Source of the DNA: Polyangiales bacterium
GTDB lineage: Bacteria; Myxococcota_A; Polyangia; Polyangiales; Polyangiaceae
Reading direction: 5' to 3'
NCBI GenBank assembly: GCA_038230375.1
Contig: JBBRNJ010000005.1
Location: 137,264 to 201,263, forward strand
DNA length: 64,000 nt
Of the stretch, positions 17,546 to 27,700 are shown one piece after another. Below the pieces are notes generated by a model. It was given only the letters and a program-made list of their open reading frames with translations, was not told the origin of the DNA and made no database searches. Position numbers and translations under genes: made by a program. Position 1 is the stretch's first letter. The number at the start of each line of letters is the position of its first letter.

Positions 17546-18484
17546 ATGAAGCTCTCGAACTTCGTCCACGCTCCGCTCCTCGCCATCGGTCTCACCGCGC
17601 TCGCCGGGATCACCGGCTGCAGCCGCAACAACATCGAAGCGGTCAACCTCTCGAACGAGGGAGACAAGGCGAAGGGCTCCAACATCGACGAGGCGATCTC
17701 GAAGTACGAGCAGGCGACGCAGCTCGACCCGACGAACCATCGCATCCTGTGGAAGCTCGCGAAGGCCTACGAGAAGAAAGAGGCGTGGGACAAGTGCGGG
17801 CAGACCGCCAAGAAGGCGCAGACCCTCGCGCCCAGCTACGCGAACTACTACTTCGAGCAAGGGCTCGCGAGCGCGCGTATCGCGGGCAAAGAGAAGACGG
17901 GCGGCAACTGGGCGGAGCCCAAGGGTCCTCTCGAAGAGGCCACGCAGAAGGACCAGAACCTTGCGGATGCTCACTTCGAGCTCGCGGAGGTTCTTCTTCA
18001 CCTCGACGACGAGGCCGGTGCGCTGCGCGAGTACTCGAAGGCGATCGACGTCCAGCCAGACAACACGCAGTTCTATGTCCCGCTCGCGGACCTCTACCTG
18101 CGCCTCAACCTGATCGACGAGGCCGAGAAGGTCGTTCGCGAGGGCATGGGCTTCGTGAAGGAGTCTGACCCGAAGGGGCAGTTCGCGATGCACAGCCTCA
18201 TGGGCGCGGTCTTCGACGCGCGCAACCAGCCCGAGGGCGCCCTCAAGGAGTACGACCTCGCGCGGAAGGCGTGCGGTACTTGCACCGATCCGGGCCAGGC
18301 CATCGCGTTCTTCAACCTCGGCGCCGCGTATGCACAGCAGAATCCGGCGCAGACCAGCCAGGCCATGCAGAACCTCCAGAACTTCCACAAGATGATCTGC
18401 AAAGGTGGCGCGAAGGCCCGCTACGAGGACCAGTGCGCTCAGGCGCAACAGCTCGCCCAGAAGGTGGGCGGCAACCTGCAGTGA
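17546..18484 (+). CDS. TPR-repeat lipoprotein
   Basis: Lipobox ITGC-S; consecutive TPRs (AISKYEQATQLDP, ALREYSKAIDVQP); four C-terminal Cys. Confidence 0.85.
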   Translation: MKLSNFVHAPLLAIGLTALAGITGCSRNNIEAVNLSNEGDKAKGSNIDEAISKYEQATQLDPTNHRILWKLAKAYEKKEAWDKCGQTAKKAQTLAPSYANYYFEQGLASARIAGKEKTGGNWAEPKGPLEEATQKDQNLADAHFELAEVLLHLDDEAGALREYSKAIDVQPDNTQFYVPLADLYLRLNLIDEAEKVVREGMGFVKESDPKGQFAMHSLMGAVFDARNQPEGALKEYDLARKACGTCTDPGQAIAFFNLGAAYAQQNPAQTSQAMQNLQNFHKMICKGGAKARYEDQCAQAQQLAQKVGGNLQ

Positions 18485-18773
18485 GACGCGGACGCTGATT
18501 GAGGCTGCCTTCGCGGACTGCCGCGGACTACAAGGTCCCCGGAATGTCAAGCATCGATGCTCTGCCTACAGCAGGTCCCGCGGCCCCAACTTCATGTGGG
18601 GCGGCGGGTATTTTGTGCATGGAACTCCCCACATGGCCGCGGTGCTCTGATACCGTGGAAGTCCGCGAATTGGGTCCGTCGCCGTTTCTGAACGTGCGCC
18701 GCTTGATGTAGCAAGCGGCAAGCAAGCAGGCGCGTGCGGGCGGTCCCTTTCGAACGTCGATACCCGAGGAATC

Positions 18774-21700
18774 ATGGATCTGATGGAGCGTCTCAGTTAC
18801 CTCGAGAACGTGCGTGATTGGCAGGGGCTCGTCGAAGAGCTCGAACGCGGAATTGCCTCCGCGACCGCCAACGACGCGAAAGCCGCGCTGCATTTGAAGC
18901 TCGCGCAGGTTCTCGACGCGAAGTTCCTGGCCGGCGTGAAGGCGCTGAAGCACTTCCAGGACGCGTACAAGCTGAACCCGGCGCTGGCGGAGAGCCTGGA
19001 GCTCGCGCGCCAGATCTACTGGGACCTCGGCAAGCTGAACATGGTTCAGAAGCTCATCGAGCTGGAGCTCAAGTCCATCAAGGACGGCGCTCGCGCGAGC
19101 GCCCTGCTCCTCGAGCTCGGCGACGTGCTCTGCGACCTTGGTGACTACGACAAGGCGACCGCCACCTACGCCCGCGCGCTGGCTGCATCGTCTGGCGCGA
19201 ACGAAGAGGCGAGCCTCTGCCTCGAGGACGCACAGGTCGACAGCTCATCGTGGCAGCCGCGCATCTCCACGATCCTCCAGTCCGCTTCCAGCACCGACGA
19301 CAGCGTCGCGCGCGGTCGCCTTTTCCTCCGCGGCGTGCGCATCGTTCGTCGCTTCGCGCCCGAAGAGGTCGAGTCGTTGCTCGAGCGCTCGTACTCCGCG
19401 GACCCGCGCAACCGCCAGGTCGCGGCGCTCTACGAAGGCATGATGATGGAGGCCGGTCGCACCGAGGACCTCTCCTCGCTGCAGACCAAGGTGCTCGCCG
19501 GCATTGGCAAGAGCGAGGCTGGTTCGAGGGAGCGCGCGGAGATCGCGTGCGTGTTCGGCACGCGCTGGGTCTCGCGTCACCAGAACGTCGACGTGGGCAC
19601 GCGCTTCCTCGAGGAAGCGATCAAGCTCGACCCGACGAAGGAAGGGGCGTTCCAGTACCTCCGCGATGCGTACGGAAAGAAGGGCGGCGACTGGGATCGC
19701 GTCCTCACGCTGGCCGAGGAAGCCGCCACGCATGCCGGCAACAACGGCAACGCGAGCTTCTTGCTCGCGCAGGCTGGTCTCATCGCATGGCGTCAGCTCG
19801 GCAACCTGCCGCGTGCCCGCATGTGCTTCGAGCGCCTCAGCGCGCTCGCGCCGGAGCACCCGCAGCTCCGCGCCTTCGAGGCCCAGATCGGCGAGACGCT
19901 CGGCAACCCGGACGGGATGACGAAGGCGACCGCGCCGCCTCCCACGGTCGTACAGACCGCGCCGCCGCCCGCGGGCTACAAGGCCTCCACGCCACCGGCA
20001 TCGCAAGAAGCGCCGATGACGCCGCACGTGCAGGCGCCGGAAGCGGTCGTCGCAGAAGCACAAGCCGCCTCCGCGCCTCCGCCCGCGGCAGACCCCGAGC
20101 CCGAGGTTGCGCACGCCCCCGAGCATGCGCCGTCCCCGCACGCAGAGGTCGTCGATACGTCGATGCCGCTGCCGGCAATGGCTTCCGAGGCGCCCCCTCC
20201 TCCTCCTGTGGAAGCCTCCCCAGCCCCTCCGCCCGCAGCAGTTGCAGCAGCGCCCGTCGCAGCAGCAGCAGCCGCGGATTACGATCCCGCGAAGGTCGAG
20301 GAGCTGAAGGCTCTCGCCGAGAAGCAGGAAGCCAACAAGCGCTACAACGAGTACGTCAAGACGCTCCTCCAGATCGCGGCGATGGTGCCCGACGCCTTCG
20401 AGAAGGTGGAGCTCTACATGAAGGCCGCCGACCTCTACGTCGGCAAGTTCGCGAACCAGGCCGAGGCCGTGAAGGCGTACGAGCAGGTCATCGCGCTCGA
20501 CCCCGACAACGCGCAGGCCGTCGACTACCTGCGTCAGATGTACGAGAAGCGTCGCGACTGGGAGAAGCTCCTCGGGCTCTCTCGCCGCGAGGCCGAGCGC
20601 ATCATGAACGGCCCGGAGCGCGCCGCGAAGTTCCTCGAGATCGCGAAGCTCGCGACCGAGCGCGTGAAGAAGCCGGACGTCTGCATCGAGCTCTGGCAGG
20701 AAGTGCTCGACAGCGATCCGTCCAACGTCGAGGCGCTCGGGGCGCTCGGCGGTCTCTACGAGCGCTCCAAGGAGTTCGACAAGCTCGTCGACGTCCTGGA
20801 GAAGCAGGCCGAGCACACGTACGAGCCCGCCGCGAAGATCCAGATCCTCACGAAGCTCGGCACGTACTACGGCGACAAGCTCAACAACGACGAAGGCGCC
20901 GTCAACGCGTGGCGCCTGCTCCTCACCCTCGATCCGAACGATCGCAAAGCGCAGGAGGCCCTCAAGAAGAAGTACCTCGCGCTTGGTCGCTGGGACGACC
21001 TCGAGGTCTTCTACGCCGAGAGCGGCAAGTGGGACGAGTTCATCCGCGTCCTCGAGCAGCAGGAAGCGAAAGAGACCGATCCGCAGGCGAAGATCTCGCT
21101 CCTCTTCAAGATCGCCGAGCTCTGGGCAGACAAGAAGCAGAAGAACGATCGCGCCGCGAAGGCGTACGAGAAGGTCCTCGAGCTCGAGGCCCAGAACCTC
21201 CGCGCCGCAGAGGCGCTCATCCCGATCTACACGGCCGCCAACAACAGCAAGGCGCTCGCAAACGCGATCGAGGTGAAGCTCGGTCACGAAGCAGATCCCA
21301 CCACCCGCATCGCGCTGCTGCGAGAGGTCGCTGGTCTCTACGAGTCGAAGGTCAAGGAGCCGCAGAAGGCGCTCGACCGTTACATCGCCGCGTTCGATCT
21401 CCTCCCCTCGGACGAGCAGACCGCGACCGACATGGAGCGCGCGGCCAAGGCCATGAACGGCTGGGACCGCGTCATTGCGGGCTACGCCACGGCGATCGAC
21501 AACGCCGACAACGCCGCCGACATGGACCTCGCCATCGCGCTACGTCTGCGTCAGGGGCGCGTGCTCGTCGAAGAGATGAACCGCATCGACGACGCGCTCG
21601 GCGTGTACCGGGCGGTCTACGAGAAGGACAGCGAGAACGCGATCGCGCTCGGCGCACTCGAAGGCCTCTACCGTCACACCGGCAAGTTCGGCGAGCTCCT

Positions 21701-24700
21701 CGGCATCTACGAGAAGAAGCGCGAGATGGCCGGTCCGGACGAGCGCAAGGCGATCTCCTACGAGATCGCGAAGCTCTACGAGACGGAGATCAAGGACGTC
21801 GACAAGGCGATCGAGACCTACGTCCAGATCCTGGACGAGGAGCCCACGGACATCGCGTCCCTCGGCGCGCTCGACGTCCTCTACGGAAACCTCGGTCGGT
21901 GGGAGCCCTACGTCGACGTTCTCCGCCGCCGCATCGAGCTCGATGCGACGGAGAAGGAGCTGATCGACCTCAAGTACCGCCTCGGCCAGACGCAGGAGAA
22001 GCACCTCTCCGACGCCGCGCCCGCGCTCGAGAATTATCGCGAGATCCTCTTCCTGGACGCGCAGCACGAAGGCGCGCGCCTCGCGCTCGAGAACCTCCTC
22101 ACGAACGAGGATCTCCGCGGTGAGGCCGCCAGCATCCTCGAGAACATCTACGAGGAGCGCGCCGACTGGACGAAGCTCATCTTCTCCCTCGGCATCCTCT
22201 CGCAGGCTCAGCATGACGTGGAGAAGCGCGTCACGATCCTCCGGAAGATCGCGCGCGTGGCGTCCGATCAGCTGCAGGATTTCGCGCAGGCCTTCCGCGC
22301 GCTCTCGCAGGCGCTCACCGATGCGCCGGAGAACGCCGACACACGCCAGGAGATCGAGGCGATCGTCACGCACTCCAACGCGTGGACGGAGCTCGTTGCT
22401 CTGCTCGAGCAGATCGCGTCGGGCGCAACGGACGCCGCGCTCGCGCGCGAGTACTGGATGCAGCTCGCCCGCGTGAATGACACGCAGCTCCAGCAGGTGG
22501 ACGCGGCAGCGCGCGGCTACACGAAGGTGCTCGGCCTCGACCCGTCGGATGCAGAGGCACTGGACGCGCTCGAGCAGCTCTTCTTCCGCACGCAGCGGTG
22601 GAAGGACGTCATCTCCGTCATCGAGAAGCGCATCGAGCAGACCACGGACGCAGCACGGACCGAGGCGCTCTATGCGCAGATGGCCCGCATCTACGACGAG
22701 GCCCTGGGGCAGCCCGGCGACGCGGTCAGCTGCTACAAGAAGGTCCTCGAGCTCGACCCGACCGCCCTCGCAGCGCTCGCGGCGCTCGACGCGCTCTTCT
22801 CTCGCCAGAAGATGTGGGGTGAGCTCGCCGAGAACCTCGAGGCGCAGCTGCAGCTCGCTGCGAGCGACGAGAGCCAGCTCAGTCTCATGCTCCGCCTCGC
22901 AGCGCTGCGTGAGAGCGAGATGGGCCAGATCGACGTCGCGATCGAGGGCTACCGTGCCGTGCTCGAGCGCGACATGCAGAACCAGGCTGCCTTCAGCGCT
23001 CTCGAGCGCCTCGGGCAGGACGCTCGCCACGAGCTCGTCATCGCGGACCTCCTCGAGCCGATGTACCGGCACCTCGGGGACTACGCGAAGCTCATCGGCG
23101 CGCACGAGGTCCAGGTCCGCCGCAGCGATGACGTGTCGCGCAGGGTGGAGCTCCTTCACCAGATCGCGCAGCTGTACGAGGACGCCGCCGGCGATCTCAA
23201 TGCCGCGTTCGACACGCTCGTCCGCGCCTTGAACGAGGACCCCGCGAGCGAGCTCACGCAGCAGCACCTCGATCGCGTGGCACGCGTGACGGGACGCTTC
23301 GCGGATCTCGCGCACGCATTCGAGGTCCTCGCCCAGAAGGCGCAGGATCCGCAGCTCGCCAGCTCGCTCTTCATGACGAGCGCCCGCGTGTTCGAGAACG
23401 ACCTCGGTCAGCTCGACACCGCGATCGCGCACTACCGCAAGACGCTCGAGATCGACGCGCAGAACCTCGCGGCGGCAGAGTCGCTCGAGCGCCTGTTCCG
23501 TCAGACGGAGCGTTACGCGGAGCTCTCGCAGATCCTGCAGGTGAAGGCAGAGATCCTCGAGGACACGCAGGCCAAGAAGGAAGCGCTCTACCAGGCCGCT
23601 GCCATCGAAGAAGACGTGCTCGAGAAGCCGGAAGCGGCCATCGGCGTCTACAAGAAGGTCCTCGGCATCGACGAGGACGACATCCGCGCCCTCGACTCGC
23701 TCGTGAAGCGGTATCTCGGGCTCGGCGCCTGGAAGGACCTCCTCGCGGTCTACGCGAAGAAGGTCGACCTGGTCGCCGACCCCGAAGAGAAGAAGCGCAT
23801 CTACTACCAGGTCGGCGCGGTCTACGAGCGCGAGCTCCAGGATCTGCACAACGCGATCGACACGTACCAGAAGATCCTCGAGCTCGATCCGGACGACCTC
23901 CAGGCGCTCTCGCGTCTGGACGTCCTCTACGAGCAGGCAGGGAACTGGGCAGAGCTCCTCTCCGTGCTAACGCGCGAGAGCGAGATGACGAACGATCCGA
24001 GCGAAGCGGTGAGCTTCCACTACCGGATCGCCGAGCTGTACGAGAAGAAGCTCGAAGACGTCGCGCGCTCGATCGAGCTCTACGCGGAGATCCTCGGGCA
24101 GCAGCCCGACCACGAGCCCACGCTCGTCGCCCTCGAAGGACTGAAGTCCGGCGATCGCGATCCGCTCGGCGCCGCGGCCGTCCTCGAGCCCGTCTACGAA
24201 GGCGCGAGCGACTGGACGAAGCTCGTCTCCGTTCACGAGGTCCAGGTCCAGCACGCCACAGATCCGTTCCAGAAGGTGGACCTGCTCCATCGCATCTCTC
24301 GCCTCTACGAGGATGCGCTGGACAACCACGGCGCCGCGTTCGACACGTACGCGCGCGCGCTCGGCTTCGACAACGGCAACGACTCCACGCTACAGAACCT
24401 GGAACGCCTCGCGATGACCGTGTCGCGCTGGCCGCACGTGGCGCAGCTGTACGACGCCGAGCTCGACAAGCTCGGAGAGAACCGCGAGCGCTTCGTGGAG
24501 CTCGGGCTCCGCACCGCGCAGATCTTCGAGGTCCAGCTCGAGGACGTGGACAACGCCATCGTGCGCTACCGGCGCGTGATGGAGGTCGACGCGGAGAACC
24601 AGCAAGCGGTCAGCTCGCTCGACCGGCTCTACGTGCAGACGGAGCGCTGGGCGCAGCTCGCCGAGATCCTCACGCGCGAGTCCGAGATCGGTCAGTCGCC

Positions 24701-27700
24701 CGATCAGATCCTCGAGTTCAAGTACCGCCTCGGTCAGGTCCACGAGAACCACCTGAACAACCTCGACGCGGCGATCGCTGCGTACAGGGACGTGCTGAAC
24801 GCCGCCCCCGAGCACATCACCACGCTCGCCGCGCTCGAAGGCCTCTTTGCGCGCGTCGTGAAGCAGGTCGAGATCGCGGAGATCCTGGAGCCCCTCTACC
24901 GTGCAGCGGCCGAGTGGGAGAAGCTCTCGCGCGTCTACGAAGCGCAGCTCACGCACATCCCGGTGGCGAAGCCCGCTTCAGGTGATGAGAGCGTCGGGGT
25001 CGGTGGTCAAGAAGACCGTCTTGCGGCGTATTATCGCATCGCGGAGGTCTACGAGGAGAAGCTCCTCGATCAGGCCCAGACACTGAACACGTACGTGCGT
25101 GCGCTCAAGGAGTACCCGCTCGACGACAAGGCAGGAGAAGAGGCGCCGCGCCTTGCTGCAGCGATCGAGCAGGGCTGGGAGAGCCTCGCGAACGCGTACG
25201 CCGACATCGTCGGTGCGCATCAGGATCCGCTCGTGCAGCGCACGATCGGCCGTCGCCTCGCGAAGACTTTCGAGGACGAGCTCGGCGACGTCGACAAGGC
25301 AGAGGAGACGTACAAGTACGTCCTCGGCGTCGACCAGCACGACACCGAGGCGCTCGCCAACCTCGATCGCATCTACCTCTCGACCGAGAACTGGCCGAAC
25401 CTCGCCCAGATCCTCGAGATGCGTACGCAGGCGCCCGCAGAGGAGATGGATCTCATCGAGCTCTTCGCTCGATTGGGAGAGGTCTACGAGGCACGTGTCG
25501 CGGACGTCCCGAACGCAACCCGCGCGTTCCGCAGGATCTTCGACAAGCTCGACAAGGCCCACGAGGGCGCGATCGCCGCGCTCGCGCGGATCTACGAAGG
25601 GCAGGGCGCCTGGACCGAGCTCATGACGGTCTACGAGCGCGAGCTCGAGAACGCCTCGGGTGACGTCGCAGAGGCCGAGATCCGCGCCAAGATCGCGCAT
25701 CTCGCATCCGACCGCCTGAGCGACCCGACCCGCGCGGTCGACACGTGGAAGATCGTCCTTGATCTCCGCGGCGAAGATCCCGAGGCGCTCGGCGCGCTCG
25801 CCAACCTGTACGAGTCAGGCGAGTCGTGGCGTGAGCTCGTCGACGTGCTCGAGCGCGAGTTCGACATCGCGAGCGAAGACGAAGTTCGCGTGACGATCCT
25901 CGCGCGTCGTGCGCAGACGTTCACCGCGAAGATGAACCGCGATGACCTCGCCCTCGAGGACTGGACGCGGCTCCTCGACATCGACTTCGCGAACCTGGGC
26001 GCGCTCCGCGCGATCGCAGCCATCCGTCGTCGTCAGCACGACCCGAACGAGCTCGTCTCGGCCCTCCACCAGATGGTGGATCGCGCCGCAGCGAACCTCG
26101 AGGCCACAGAGCTGAAGGAGATCTTCCGCGAGCTCGGCAAGACCTACGGCAACGAGCTCCAGCAGCCCTTCGACGCCGCCGATGCGTGGCGCAAGCTGCT
26201 CGAGGTCGGCGCTGACTTCGAGGCCATGGACGCCCTCGAGGCCATCTACAAGAGCGAGGAGCGCTGGACGGACGTCATCGACGTCAAGATGCAGCGTGCC
26301 GCCGCGCTCGAGGAGCCTGCGCAGAAGATCGCAGAGCTCAAGGGCGCAGCTGCGCTCTGGAACGATCCGGTCAACGAGTATGACAAGGCAACACCGGCCT
26401 GGCAGAAGATCCTCGAGATCGAGCCCGCGCACGACGAGGCCTACAAGGAGCTCGAGAAGCTCCACACGCAGGGCGGCCGCTGGGAGCCCCTGATCGAGCT
26501 GTACCTCGGTCGGCTCGAGACCCGCGAGGACGTGCACGAGAAGACGGAGCTCCTCCGCAAGATCGCGCGCGTGTTCGAGGAGAAGCTCGACGACAAGAAC
26601 CAGGCGCTCGACGCGCTCACCAACGCCCTCGGGGAGGACTTCCACGATCGCGAGACCGCGAAGTACCTCGAGCGAATGGCGCAGGCGACGGGCCGCTGGG
26701 GCGAGGTCATCCAGACCGCGAACAACTGGCTGCAAGCGCAGACGGAGCCGCAGCAGAAGATCCGTCTCTGCCTGCACCTTGCCAAGTGGTACGGCGACGA
26801 CCTTGGTCACCCCGAGTACGCGCAGCCCTACTACGCGCAGATCGTCCAGCTCGACCCGAACAACGTCGGCGCGCTGCGCCAGATGGGTCAGCTCTATCGC
26901 AAGAACGCCAACTGGCAGCAGCTCGGCGCCACGCTCACGCGCGCGCTCGACGTTGCCGTCGCAGACATCGATCGCAAGGAGATCCTCACGGAGCTCGGCG
27001 AGCTGCTCGACTCGCAGATGAGCCAGCAGGACCAGGCCATCACCTACTTCGCGCGTGCGCTCGAAGTGGACGGCCAGTTCATCCCCGCCATCGAGAACCT
27101 CGAACGCATCTACGCGGCGCGCGGCCAGAACAAGGACCTCGTCGACGTGCTGCTCCGCAAGGTGCCGGCACTGAGCGAGACCGAGGCCGTCGTCGCCACG
27201 AAGCTGCGCATCGGTACGCTCTACGAGCAGATGAGCGAGTCGCAGAAGGCTGCGCAGACCTATCGCGAGGTCACGGATCTCGAGGCGCAGAACCTCCAGG
27301 CTCTCCGCGGCCTGGCCCGCGTCTACGAGCTCTTGAACTCGTGGCCCGAGCTCGTGAAGACCCTCGAGCTGGAGCTCGAGGTCGTCACCACGGAGCGTGA
27401 GCGCATCGACCTCTTGATGAAGCTCGCCAACCTCCAGGAGGAGCACTTCCTCAAGGCGGACATCGCGGCGCAGCGCCTCGAGCAGGTCATCGAGATCGAC
27501 CCCTCGAACGAAGAGGCGTACGTCGCGCTCGAGCGCAACTACCGCCGCCTCCGCCAGTGGCCCGAGCTCAATCAGACCTACGAACGCCACATCTCCGCCA
27601 CGCTCGAGCGCAAGACCAAGGTGGAGCTCTACGGCTTCATCGCCCAGGTCTTCGCCGATGAACTCGACGACACCGAGCACGCGATCGACGCGTACAAGAA

